Shown here one piece after another: positions 24,295 through 33,290 of a DNA stretch of 33,362 nt. The notes beneath the pieces are model-generated. The model was not told where the DNA came from and did not search any database. It saw nothing but the letters and a program-made list of their open reading frames with translations. Location: positions 1 to 33,362 of the forward strand of contig CAYYEE010000003.1 of assembly GCA_964470775.1 (NCBI GenBank), given 5' to 3'. The translations under genes and the position numbers were made by a program. Position 1 is the stretch's first letter, and the number at the start of each line of letters is the position of its first letter. Source of the stretch: an uncultured Planctomycetota bacterium (GTDB lineage: Bacteria > Planctomycetota > Brocadiia > CAIUPP01 > CAYYEE01).

Positions 24295-26850
24295 ATGGGC
24301 AAAGACCAGTTGGTGAGCCGCGAAAGCTACAAGGACCTGGATCTCACGTCGGAGATGCGGGATTCCTATCTGCTTTACGCGATGAGCGTGATTGTGAGCC
24401 GGGCGCTGCCGGATGTGCGCGACGGGATGAAGCCGGTGCAGCGCCGCATTATGGCGGCGATGGAGGACCTGAACCTGGGTCCTCGCAGCAAGCGGCTGAA
24501 GTCGGCGCGCATCGTGGGCGACACGATGGGGCGCTATCATCCGCATGGCGACAGCTCCATCTACATGGCGATGGTGCGCATGGCGCAGCCGTTCACGATG
24601 CGTTATCCGTTGGTGAGCGGGCAGGGGAACTTCGGTTCGATTGACGGCGATCCGCCCGCGGCCATGCGTTACACCGAGGCGCGCATGGCGCCGCCGGCGG
24701 CGGACATGCTGGAAGACATGGACAAGAAGACCGTGGACTTCCGGCCCAATTACGACGACACGCGCGTGGAGCCGGTGGTGTTGCCGGGCAAGTTCCCCAA
24801 CATGCTGTGCAACGGGTCGCTGGGCATCGCGGTGGGCATGGCGACCAGCTTTCCGCCACACAACGTGCGCGAGGTGTGCGACGCGATCGTGAAGGTGCTG
24901 GATCACCCGGAAACGACCACCGCGGAGATCATGAAGGTCCTGCCCGGCCCGGACTTCCCCACGGGCGGCATCATCTGCGGCCGCAAGGGCATTCGCGAGG
25001 CGTACGAGACGGGGCGCGGCCGGCTGGTGGTGCGGGCCAAGGCGCACGTGGAAACGGCCAAGAGCGGCAAGCAGAGCATCGTGTTCACGGAAATCCCCTA
25101 TGGCCTGAACCGCGACCGCATTCTGGAGCGCATCGCGGAGCTGGTCAAGGAGGGGCAGATTCAGGGCGTGGCCGACCTGCGCAACGAAAGCGACCGCAAC
25201 GGCAGCCGCCTGGTCGTTGAGCTGAAGAAGGGCGAGGACGCGGACGTTCTGCTGAACCTGCTCTACAAGAACACGTCCCTGCAAGACACTTTTCAGGTGA
25301 TGATGATTGCGCTGGTGAACGGCCAGCCCAAGTGCCTGCCGATCAAGGAGTCCATCCAGGAGTACATCAAGCACCGGCGCGAAGTGATTACGCGGCGGAC
25401 GCGGTTCTTGCTGGAGCAGGCCGAGGCCAAGGCGCACGTCCTGCAAGGCCTCATCATCGCCTTGGACAACATTGATCGCGTGATCGAGATCATCCGCGCG
25501 TCCAAGGACGCGGAGATAGCGCGCAACCGGTTGATGAAGGCGTTCGGCCTGAGCGAGATTCAGGCGCAGGCGATTCTGGACATGCGCTTGCAGCGGCTGA
25601 CCGGCCTGGAGCGCGACAAGGTGCGCCAGGAGCTGGAGGAGACGCTGGAGAAGATTCGCGGCTACAAGGCCATCCTGTCCGACGACTCGCTGCTGCTGGA
25701 CGTCATTCGCGAGGACCTGTACGAGATCAAGGAGAAGTACGGGGACGAGCGGCGGACGCAGATCGCGGACGAGGTGGGCGATTTCGCGATGGAGGACCTG
25801 ATCGCGGAAGAGAACGTGACCGTGACCATCAGCCACGAGGGGTACATCAAGCGCCAGCCCGTGGCGAGCTTCCGGCGCCAGGGCCGCGGCGGCAAGGGCG
25901 TCACCGGCGCGCGCCAGAAGGAAGGCGACCTGGTGGCCAGCCTGTTCGTGGCCTCGACGCACGACTACATTATGTTCTTCACGGACAAGGGCCGTGTGTA
26001 CTGGCTCAAGGTGTTCGACATTCCGGAGATGGGCCGGATGTCGCGCGGCCGGGCTATCGTGAATCTGATCGAGGCGGTGAAGGACGAGAAGATCACGGCC
26101 ACGATTCCGGTGCGCGATTTCACCAAGGGCGACCTGTTCATGTTCACGGAACGGGGCGTGGTCAAGCGCACGAGCCTGGAAGCCTACAGCCGGCCCAAGA
26201 AGGGCGGCATCATCGCGGTGAAGTTGGACGAAGACGACCGGCTGATCGCGGTGCGGCTGGTGTTCCCGAACCAGAGCGTGGTGGTGGCCACGCGCAAGGG
26301 CCAGGCGGTGCGGTTCCCCGAGGCGACGGTGCGGGCCATGGGCCGCGACGCGCGGGGCGTGCGCGCGGTGAAGCTGCGCGACGACGACCGCGTCGTGGGC
26401 GCGGTGGCGGGCGCCGAGGATATGACGCTGCTGACCGTGTGCGAAAACGGCATGGGCAAGCGCACGCCCATCGGCGAGTACCGCGAGACGAACCGCGGCG
26501 GCCTGGGCGTCATCAACATCCGCGTCACGGAAAAGAACGGCGACGTGGTGGGCGTGCTGGACGTCATTGACGAGGACGAGTTGATCCTCATGACGCAGCA
26601 GGGCATGACCATCCGGCTGCCTGTCAAGTCCGTCCGCGTCATCGGCCGCGCCACGCAGGGCGTGAAGCTGATCAAGGTGGAAGAGGGCGACAAAGTGGTG
26701 TCTGTGGCGCGCGTGGAGCCGGAGGAGGAGGGCGCCGAAGGCGGCGCCGAACAGGCCGCGCCCGAAGCCGCGGCCCAGGCCGAGCCAGAAACCGCTGAAG
26801 AAGACGAAGCGCCCGAAGAAGAACCGCCGTCCGGCGAGGAGGAGGCGTAG
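24295..26850 (+). CDS. gyrA: DNA gyrase subunit A
   Basis: 851 aa with ...[24 protein letters not shown]...[22 protein letters not shown]...GQGNFGS...[10 protein letters not shown].... The catalytic Tyr context is present, followed by a beta-pinwheel CTD and an acidic tail. Confidence 0.97.
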   Translation: MGKDQLVSRESYKDLDLTSEMRDSYLLYAMSVIVSRALPDVRDGMKPVQRRIMAAMEDLNLGPRSKRLKSARIVGDTMGRYHPHGDSSIYMAMVRMAQPFTMRYPLVSGQGNFGSIDGDPPAAMRYTEARMAPPAADMLEDMDKKTVDFRPNYDDTRVEPVVLPGKFPNMLCNGSLGIAVGMATSFPPHNVREVCDAIVKVLDHPETTTAEIMKVLPGPDFPTGGIICGRKGIREAYETGRGRLVVRAKAHVETAKSGKQSIVFTEIPYGLNRDRILERIAELVKEGQIQGVADLRNESDRNGSRLVVELKKGEDADVLLNLLYKNTSLQDTFQVMMIALVNGQPKCLPIKESIQEYIKHRREVITRRTRFLLEQAEAKAHVLQGLIIALDNIDRVIEIIRASKDAEIARNRLMKAFGLSEIQAQAILDMRLQRLTGLERDKVRQELEETLEKIRGYKAILSDDSLLLDVIREDLYEIKEKYGDERRTQIADEVGDFAMEDLIAEENVTVTISHEGYIKRQPVASFRRQGRGGKGVTGARQKEGDLVASLFVASTHDYIMFFTDKGRVYWLKVFDIPEMGRMSRGRAIVNLIEAVKDEKITATIPVRDFTKGDLFMFTERGVVKRTSLEAYSRPKKGGIIAVKLDEDDRLIAVRLVFPNQSVVVATRKGQAVRFPEATVRAMGRDARGVRAVKLRDDDRVVGAVAGAEDMTLLTVCENGMGKRTPIGEYRETNRGGLGVINIRVTEKNGDVVGVLDVIDEDELILMTQQGMTIRLPVKSVRVIGRATQGVKLIKVEEGDKVVSVARVEPEEEGAEGGAEQAAPEAAAQAEPETAEEDEAPEEEPPSGEEEA

Positions 26851-26903
26851 GCGGGCGAGACGGCCGGCGGTCTTCCGCGTGGGAAGCAGGGGAGGCATGG
26901 AAC

Positions 26904-26936
26904 GGCCCGCGCAAGCTGAGGAGGCTTGCGCGGGCC
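26904..26936. terminator. 13-bp perfect hairpin between convergent gyrA and the GH4 gene (likely bidirectional terminator)
   Basis: GGCCCGCGCAAGC-tgaggag-GCTTGCGCGGGCC, followed by GGTGCTTTGG. Confidence 0.5.
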
Positions 26937-26958
26937 GGTGCTTTGGGGCGCGGGGCGG

Positions 26959-28317
26959 CTACTTCTTCTTGCCGAAGAACTGGGGCAGGAGATGGCGGTT
27001 CTTCTCCATGAGCTCCATGCCCATCTTCTTGATTTGGGGGATGGTGAGGTGCGAGCAGAGCGGGTCGGCGATGAGGGCTTCGAGGGCGAGCCGCAGGTCG
27101 CCGGACATGCCGGCTTCGACAATCATGTCCTGGTTCATGACGTGGGGGCGGACGACGTTGAGGATGTTGCGGGGCAGGGGACCGGCGGCAATGGGCGTGA
27201 AGCCCAGGGCGTTGACGACGCCCAAGGTCTCGAGGACGCTGCCCATGGGCAGGTTGCTCACCTGGCCGCGGTTGGGGACGTTGACGACGTCGATGAACTC
27301 GGCGCCCTGGCTGATGGCGCGCATGATGTCGGCCGCGGTCTCGCGCGAGCGTTCCTTCTTGAGGGTCTCTTTGCCCTTGGCCCAGCCTTGGACGATCTTG
27401 CGGCCCTTGATGCGGGCGGTCACACGGTCTTTGACCATGGTGCGGACCAGGCCGTACTCTTTGAGCCTGGCCATGTTGGGCGCCAGGTAGCGGCTGAAGA
27501 ACTCGCAGATGTGGCGGTCGCCGACGTAGGGCAACTTGCCGAATTCGTCGAGGCACTCGGAGCAGACGTGCTTGCTGGAGTGGAAGCCGGCTTCGTCTTT
27601 GTGGACCTGCTTGACGAGTCCTGCGAAGTTGGTCTTTTCCGCCTTCATTTTGGCCCGCAGCATCTCATAGCCGTCGCGGCCGCGGATCTTCATGTCGAGA
27701 ATCCAGAAGAAGTGGTTGACGCCGGCGAAGTTGACCTTGATCTCGTCTTCGCTCTTGAGGTCGAAAATGGCCATGAGGGTGCGGTAGCACTCGAAGAGAC
27801 CGTGGCACAGGCCCACGACGGGCTGGTCCGTGCAAAGGCACAAGGTTTTGGTGAGGGTGGTCATGGGGTTGGTGTAGTTGAGGATGGCGGCCTTGGGGGC
27901 GTAGCGGCGGATCTGAGAGGCTAGATGCATGAACACCGGGATGTTGCGCAGGCCGCGCGACCAGCCGCCCGGGCCCACGGTGTCGCCCACGGTCTGGTAG
28001 ATGCCATACTTCTCGGGCAGGTGCACGTCGTGCCGCATGGCGTCGAAGCCGCCGGTGGAGATGGTGATGACGACAAAGTCGGCGCCGTCAAAGGCCTTGG
28101 CTTCGTCCGAGGTGGGGAGGAAGGTGGCGCCGAGCCCCCAGTCCTTGGCCAGACGCGCGCCCACGGCGCCGGTCTCCCTGGCGGCGGTGAGGTTGGGGTC
28201 GAGAAGGCGGAAGTCGGCGTTTTCGAGGCCGGGGGTGAGGATGATGTCGCGGATGAGGCGGGGGACCCAGCCGTAGCTGCCGCCGCCGACCATGGCGATC
28301 TTGACCTGCTTGGACAT
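26959..28317 (-). CDS. glycoside hydrolase family 4 (NAD/Mn-dependent alpha-glucosidase/galactosidase-type)
   Basis: Track ORF 26959..28647. Real start is ATG 28317 (MSKQVKIAMVGGGSYGW...). GH4 blocks are ILNYTNP and VVGLCHG. The in-frame upstream 330 nt is low-complexity CT-rich sequence, not protein-like. Confidence 0.9.
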   Translation of the reverse strand: MSKQVKIAMVGGGSYGWVPRLIRDIILTPGLENADFRLLDPNLTAARETGAVGARLAKDWGLGATFLPTSDEAKAFDGADFVVITISTGGFDAMRHDVHLPEKYGIYQTVGDTVGPGGWSRGLRNIPVFMHLASQIRRYAPKAAILNYTNPMTTLTKTLCLCTDQPVVGLCHGLFECYRTLMAIFDLKSEDEIKVNFAGVNHFFWILDMKIRGRDGYEMLRAKMKAEKTNFAGLVKQVHKDEAGFHSSKHVCSECLDEFGKLPYVGDRHICEFFSRYLAPNMARLKEYGLVRTMVKDRVTARIKGRKIVQGWAKGKETLKKERSRETAADIMRAISQGAEFIDVVNVPNRGQVSNLPMGSVLETLGVVNALGFTPIAAGPLPRNILNVVRPHVMNQDMIVEAGMSGDLRLALEALIADPLCSHLTIPQIKKMGMELMEKNRHLLPQFFGKKK

Positions 28318-28618
28318 GGGGTGCGCTTTCGTGGAAGAAGGAGGGAAAGGACAGCAAGGACAACAAGGACAACAAGGACGGAAAGGACGGCGATGGCGAA
28401 CGGAAAGAACGGCAGGCTGAAGGCAGAAGCAACGGCGGGCGTCACGCGGAGACGCGGAGGCGCGAAGGAAGACAAAGGCGAACGGCAGCGGCGGCCTCAC
28501 GCGGAGGACGCGGAGAACGGCAAAGGCGAACGGGGGGAGGCGACGGCGGACGGCGACGGCGGCCTCACGCGAAGGCGCGAAGAGAAACGAGGACAAACGG
28601 CAACGGCAACAGGGGAAT
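28318..28618 (-). repeat. pyrimidine-rich (sense strand) repeat-containing leader/spacer upstream of the GH4 gene
   Basis: Five 9-bp units sit at 28347-28391 (plus strand AAGGACAGC AAGGACAAC AAGGACAAC AAGGACGGA AAGGACGGC). Three degenerate 55-68 bp repeats are marked by TCACGCG(G/A)A at 28442, 28497 and 28565, and CAAAGGCGAACGG occurs at 28473 and 28521. Confidence 0.8.
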
Positions 28619-28647
28619 AGGTTAGCGTGGTGGGGCGGGGGCGTCAA
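28619..28647 (-). promoter_or_regulatory. weak sigma70-like promoter candidate for the GH4 gene
   Basis: Minus strand reads TTGACG (28647-28642), 17 nt, TAACCT (28624-28619). The -10 element is poor. Confidence 0.25.
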
Positions 28648-28673
28648 TTGCGCGGGGGGCGGTGGATTGCGCC

Positions 28674-28718
28674 ATAGGACGTATGCGACCCATGGGACCT
28701 ATGGCGCGCATCGGGGCG
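28674..28718 (+). repeat. 9-bp periodic array (ATAGGACGT ATGCGACCC ATGGGACCT ATGGCGCGC ATCGGGGCG)
   Basis: AT(A/G/C)(G/C)G starts at 28674, 28683, 28692, 28701 and 28710, exactly 9 bp apart. The array ends 5 nt from the stop of the 645-aa gene. Confidence 0.7.
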
Positions 28719-28722
28719 GCGC

Positions 28723-30660
28723 TCAGGGCGCCAGGGCGCGAACCGCGGTGTTGCTGACGAGCAGGGTGAGGGGCTTGCCCTGGTCGGTGTCGCCGCTGAG
28801 GCGAAGGCCGTCGCGGGCGGTGTTCCATTCGATGCTGGGCGCTTCCTTGGACATTATGCTGAACCGCGCGCGTTCGATCTCGACGGGGCCATAGAGGGGC
28901 ACGGCGCCGGTGTCCCAGAGGGGCTGGCCCGATGGCGTGGCGATGGCGAGGCGGACGGACTGGCTGGGCTGGCAAAGGAGCCGCAGGCGCAATGGGGTGT
29001 TGCGCTCGATGGGGAGGGGGATCCACTCGGCGCTCAATTGGCCCGTGGCGCCAACGCTTCTGAGGGTGATGTAGGGGTGGGGCGTGTTTTCTTCGCGTTT
29101 GACGTGGACGGCGACGCCGGTCTTGCCGTCCTGCGATTCGATCGCGATTTCGCACGCGCTGTACATGCCATCGCCTTCGGCGGCCAGGTCAAAGGTCCAC
29201 TCGAACGCGCGCTTGTCGAGTCCGGCCAGGGGATAGACGGCCGTGGCCTCTTTACGGGGGCGCTTGCGGAACTGGGTGTCGCGCGTCTCAACCTTGGCCG
29301 GCGCCTTGATGCGCGTGGCCGGGCCGGCGGCTTGGGGCCAGGGGTCCGTGGCGCCGGGGCGGAAGGCGGCGGGCTCCTGTGCGCCGAGCTGAGGCGGGCC
29401 GAGGATGGTGATGTCCGGCCGGAATTCCGTCACGGGCGAGAGGTCCGCGCCTTGGCGCCTGGCGTCAAAGGAAGCGCCGGCTTCCAGCGCGGGCACGGCG
29501 ATGGCGGTGGAGCCGGGCAGAACCTTGATGCTCGTGGCCGGCGATGGCACGGCGCCGATGTTGGCGACGGACACGCCGCCGGGGCGCGTTTCGACGCGGA
29601 GAACCGGGGCAAGGTAGAACTGGCGCACAAGCTCGTTGAGCGCGGGATAGAGCGGCGCCGCATAGCCGAAGAATCCGACGCCGTGAAGATGGGGGAAGCG
29701 GTAGCGCGTGAAGTGGAGCTGGCGGCGCAGTTCTTGCGGCGTGGTGATCCACACCTGCTGGTTGTTGTCCAGCGTGCCCACGCCCAGAACGGGCAAGGTC
29801 TTGGCGCTGAGGCTGTGTTCCACCGCGGTCTGGAGGCGCGTTTCGATGCTGCGATACTGGCGCACGGCGCTGCCTTCGTAGACTTCGACGAGCACGCGGT
29901 TGGCCGCCTGCTGAAGGCCGGCGACCTTGTTCTCGCCGGAGACGGTGATGGTGTACGCGGCGATGTACAGGCCGGGCGAGGTCTGGCGCGCCTTGAGCAG
30001 GCTCAGGCCCATCATTTCGTCGCTTTTCTTGTCGCGGCCCAGAAACTCGTCAATCGCAATCGCGCCCCACGTGGCGCCAGCCTGGGTCCAGTAGTCGCTC
30101 ATCGCGTCCACGGTGCGCTTGTTGTCCTGCTCGTAGGAGGTTGTGCCGCCCACCCACCGCTGAGGCAAGGCGCCGCGGTCCAGCCAGTAGTCGCGCTGGT
30201 CGTGCTTTCTGTTGGTCAACATGCCTTCGGTGACGTATTGCAGCGTGGGATGCAGGTCCCAGTAGTGGAAATGGACGGACCGGGTGACGACGCAGACGCT
30301 CTGCGAAGCGGCGAGGGGAGCGGCGCCGGGGAGGTCGAGCCGCGCCGTGAGCGTGGCCGGGCCCGTGGCTTGAGGCAGCCAGGTGGCGGAGAGCGTGGTC
30401 TGTGGCTGGGCCGCGCTGAGCCGGACCGCCTGGGGCTGGCCGACAGGAGCCGCGGCGCCGCTGGTCTGGCAGAGGAACTGGACCGAGCCGGAGGCGTCCT
30501 TGCCGCCCCAAGTGATGAACGCGGTGAGCTTCTGTTCCTGGCCGCGCAGGGCCACGGCGGCCGGGACGCGGAGGCGAAGCTGGGGGGACGTGGGCGCGGG
30601 CTGGGCGAGAGCGGCGCCGGCCAGGGCCGCGAGCGAGACGGCGCAGAGGCGCGAGGTCAT
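28723..30660 (-). CDS. secreted multidomain hypothetical protein (possible glycosidase-like central domain)
   Basis: 645 aa with a signal peptide (MTSRLCAVSLAALAGAALAQPAP). The central region (..WGAIAIDEF.., ..VLVEVYEG..) is loosely reminiscent of alpha/beta-barrel glycosidases and the C-terminus is beta-rich. The ATG lies 2 nt after the DUF1559 gene stop. Confidence 0.7.
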   Translation of the reverse strand: MTSRLCAVSLAALAGAALAQPAPTSPQLRLRVPAAVALRGQEQKLTAFITWGGKDASGSVQFLCQTSGAAAPVGQPQAVRLSAAQPQTTLSATWLPQATGPATLTARLDLPGAAPLAASQSVCVVTRSVHFHYWDLHPTLQYVTEGMLTNRKHDQRDYWLDRGALPQRWVGGTTSYEQDNKRTVDAMSDYWTQAGATWGAIAIDEFLGRDKKSDEMMGLSLLKARQTSPGLYIAAYTITVSGENKVAGLQQAANRVLVEVYEGSAVRQYRSIETRLQTAVEHSLSAKTLPVLGVGTLDNNQQVWITTPQELRRQLHFTRYRFPHLHGVGFFGYAAPLYPALNELVRQFYLAPVLRVETRPGGVSVANIGAVPSPATSIKVLPGSTAIAVPALEAGASFDARRQGADLSPVTEFRPDITILGPPQLGAQEPAAFRPGATDPWPQAAGPATRIKAPAKVETRDTQFRKRPRKEATAVYPLAGLDKRAFEWTFDLAAEGDGMYSACEIAIESQDGKTGVAVHVKREENTPHPYITLRSVGATGQLSAEWIPLPIERNTPLRLRLLCQPSQSVRLAIATPSGQPLWDTGAVPLYGPVEIERARFSIMSKEAPSIEWNTARDGLRLSGDTDQGKPLTLLVSNTAVRALAP

Positions 30661-30662
30661 GT

Positions 30663-31982
30663 TCAGAATCCCCCGTCCTCGCCCGCGGCCACGTCAAAGA
30701 CGTGCCACACGCTGGGGCCGCCATACATGGAACTGATAAGGTTGACGGAGACGCGGCGGCCGCGGCGGGAGACGTTGCTGTCCGTGGGGATGGCTTCGGT
30801 CGTGGACTTCCAGGCCAGGGTCTGCTGCGGGTCGCCGTAGAAGCGGGCGCTGCCGTCGCCATAGAGCACGTTGTAGCCTTCGCGGTGGGCGTAGACGGTT
30901 TTGCCCGGGTACTTGGACGCGGCGGCGCCCATGGAGCCGTCGCTGTTGGCAAGGCCGATCTGGTCGTTGGAAAAGGAGTCGGACACGATGGCGCGGGCGC
31001 CGAGGGCCTTCTGCGTCTTGAAGGCCGGGCTGCCCGGCGTATAGGCGACGCCGGGGCGTGTCCAAGGCACGGTGTAGTTGAGCGAGGCGGGCGCGGTCGC
31101 GAGGGTTCCCGACTGGGTTCCGGTGTAGGTCACGGTTCCGACGTTGCGGTAGTTGTAGTTGCAGGCGATGTTCCATGCGCCGGGCGCGGGCTGGCCGTAG
31201 TTGTTGTCGCCGGTGACCGGGGCGTTGAGGCTCAGAAGCGGAACCTTCCACGCGCCCCAGCCGATGGACGCCCGGTCAAATCCGCCCGCGGCTTTGACCT
31301 GGGATATCTTGGTGATCTGCCAGGGGATGTCGGTGAGGGCGTAGGGCGAGGACGTGCTGGAGGTAAAGGCGTCGGGCGCCATGCCGTCGGCCGCGGTGGG
31401 GCACCAGAAGGTCTGGGCCGAGGCGATGAAGCCTGTCCAGAGAAGGTGGCCGATGCCGTTGGGCGCCATCTGGTAGCGGCCGGCGTAACTGGTGGGCGCG
31501 GAGGGCACGGCAAAGGCGGAGCCGGTGTTGGTGCTGCCGAGGAAGATGACGCGGTAGTGGGCGTAGAGGGGGCACGCGCCGCCGACCGCGATGCCGGTCG
31601 TTCCGCCGGAGCCGTCGCGACGGCCATAGGCGCCGGTGCTGACGACGCCGGTGTAGCCCAGGCTGCCGTCCATCTGCCTGGGGTCGTTCCACAGGCCGCG
31701 GTCGAGGCTGGTGATGGCGTAGCCGTTGCTGGGGATGGTGTACCAAGCGGCGTTCTGGTCCCAGGCGCCCCAGCTTGGGTAGTACCCACTGTAATCGCCG
31801 CAATAGCCTTCCAGCGCTTTGCCGATCTGGTTGAGGCCGCTGAGGCAGGAACTGCGGCGGGCCTTTTCTCGCGCGGCGCTCAGAGCAGGCAGGAGCATGG
31901 CGGCGAGGATGGCGATGATGGCGACGACGACGAGCAGTTCGATGAGTGTGAAAGCGGCCGAGAGGTTACGCGAGGTCTTCAT
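30663..31982 (-). CDS. prepilin-type N-terminal cleavage/methylation protein, DUF1559 / H-X9-DG family
   Basis: 439 aa. N-terminus is [34 protein letters not shown] (pseudopilin signature). The C-terminal H-X9-DG motif is [17 protein letters not shown] Shine-Dalgarno lies in the 15-nt spacer after lacI. Confidence 0.9.
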   Translation of the reverse strand: MKTSRNLSAAFTLIELLVVVAIIAILAAMLLPALSAAREKARRSSCLSGLNQIGKALEGYCGDYSGYYPSWGAWDQNAAWYTIPSNGYAITSLDRGLWNDPRQMDGSLGYTGVVSTGAYGRRDGSGGTTGIAVGGACPLYAHYRVIFLGSTNTGSAFAVPSAPTSYAGRYQMAPNGIGHLLWTGFIASAQTFWCPTAADGMAPDAFTSSTSSPYALTDIPWQITKISQVKAAGGFDRASIGWGAWKVPLLSLNAPVTGDNNYGQPAPGAWNIACNYNYRNVGTVTYTGTQSGTLATAPASLNYTVPWTRPGVAYTPGSPAFKTQKALGARAIVSDSFSNDQIGLANSDGSMGAAASKYPGKTVYAHREGYNVLYGDGSARFYGDPQQTLAWKSTTEAIPTDSNVSRRGRRVSVNLISSMYGGPSVWHVFDVAAGEDGGF

Positions 31983-31997
31983 AGCGCATCCTTTCCG

Positions 31998-33164
31998 TTA
32001 TCGCGCCTGGTCCATTGTAGCAGACGGGGGAGGAGGCTCCGCCGATTCCGCGGCATGTTGGGCGCTGGAACACGCCGTGTCTTCGGTGCGCTCGCCTTGG
32101 CCGATGGCCGGCCCGAACGGGGCGTAGCTTTGCCTGAGAACAAGGTTGGGTGGGCCGATGGAGTGCACGCGCGGCTCGACGGGGCTGCCTTGTTCCCACA
32201 GCGTGAGGAGGCGGATGACCTCGTCGGCCAGGGCGGGGGTGTTGCCCAGGATGTCCACGCTGGTGAGGGTGGGGCGGCAGACTTCGGCGAGTTCGGTGTT
32301 GCCTCGGCCGATGATGGCCAGTGGGGCGGGGACGCCGACGCCGGCCTGGCGAGCGGCGGTGGCGATTTCGAAGGCGGCGCGGTCGTCGCCGGCCAGGACA
32401 AGGAGGGGGCCGTCCGCAAGGAGCCGCCGGGCTTCAACGATGGTGGCTGGGCCGACGTCTTCGTAGAAGCGTTCGGTGGGGACGGATAGGGTGTGGACTT
32501 CGAGACGGGGGTGCCGTTGTGCGTGGCGCAGGAAGTCGGCTTCCGTGGCGCGGGCCATGGCCGTGGAGCCGCCGGCCAGGAGGATGCGGCGGGGACCGTG
32601 GGTCTCGGCGAGGCGGAAGATGTTTTCGAGCACGGCCTCGAAATCGTGGCAGACGTAGGTGACGCCAGGCCGGGATTCGCGGCCCGCGATGAAGATGAAG
32701 GGGCCGCACTCGTGGGCGCCGGCCAGCAGCGCCTCGTGGATCTCGTCCTCTACGGTGCCCAAGCGCGACCGGACCAGAACGGCGGCGGTGCGGTAGCTGC
32801 GGAAGGTGCGCACGTGCTGGCGGGCGATCTCGATGTCGCTGCCGTAGATGCCCAAGACGAGCTGCTTGCCCATTCTGGCCAGGCGGAGGCATAGTTCGTT
32901 GACTAGAGGGGGCGTAAAGGGGCCGACCATGCCCTCGATAAGGAAGCCGATCATGGGGGATTTTTGCTGGCGCAGCAGGCGGGCGTGGGCGCGGGACACG
33001 AAGTTGAGCTGGTCCGCGGCGGCCATGATGCGGCCTCGGGTGGCTTCGGAGATGGGGAGGCCCTTGGCGCCGGCCGGGTTGAGAACCCGCGAGACGGTGG
33101 TGGCGCTGACGCCGGCTTGGCGGGCGACGTCGGCAATGGTTACATTTTCGGTGTTCTTGTTCAC
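31998..33164 (-). CDS. LacI family transcriptional regulator
   Basis: Track ORF 31998..33260. Preferred start is GTG 33164 (VNKNTENVTIADVARQAGVSATTVSRVLN, the LacI HTH), preceded by GGAGAA. ATG 33260 lies inside the predicted -10 element. Confidence 0.85.
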   Translation of the reverse strand: MNKNTENVTIADVARQAGVSATTVSRVLNPAGAKGLPISEATRGRIMAAADQLNFVSRAHARLLRQQKSPMIGFLIEGMVGPFTPPLVNELCLRLARMGKQLVLGIYGSDIEIARQHVRTFRSYRTAAVLVRSRLGTVEDEIHEALLAGAHECGPFIFIAGRESRPGVTYVCHDFEAVLENIFRLAETHGPRRILLAGGSTAMARATEADFLRHAQRHPRLEVHTLSVPTERFYEDVGPATIVEARRLLADGPLLVLAGDDRAAFEIATAARQAGVGVPAPLAIIGRGNTELAEVCRPTLTSVDILGNTPALADEVIRLLTLWEQGSPVEPRVHSIGPPNLVLRQSYAPFGPAIGQGERTEDTACSSAQHAAESAEPPPPSATMDQAR

Positions 33165-33255
33165 GATGGGGCATTCTCCGGCGTTGGGGCGTCTTGCGCG
33201 TTTTGGCGTGTTTCGCCAGGTTTTTGGGTTATGAAAACGTAAAGCGTGTATCGTT

Positions 33256-33283
33256 ATCATATCGCAAGGTTGGGGATTGTCAA
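33256..33283 (-). promoter_or_regulatory. sigma70 promoter of the lacI-pseudopilin operon
   Basis: Minus strand reads TTGACA (33283-33278), 16 nt, TATGAT (33261-33256). Confidence 0.55.
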
Positions 33284-33290
33284 GGGGAAA

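Noticed and set aside
28330-28420. CsrB/RsmZ-like protein-sponge RNA on the plus strand (AAGGA motifs repeated every 9 nt).
   Set aside because: I found no plus-strand promoter or terminator around it. The motifs are not placed in hairpin loops. It would be antisense to the GH4 5' end. The idea is purely speculative, so it is folded into the leader finding instead.
3615-32489. Many other long ORFs in the track. Examples: 3615..5087(-), 6308..7999(-), 6598..7938(+), 8129..9469(+), 9551..11140(-), 11660..13168(+), 13874..15583(+), 18330..19691(+), 23026..24279(-), 24286..26898(-), 26926..27924(+), 29038..30840(+), 30702..32489(+).
   Set aside because: Each overlaps a gene with clear family signatures in another frame or strand. 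Each also has the R/P/H- or G/A/D/V-dominated low-complexity composition expected from stop-poor non-coding frames.
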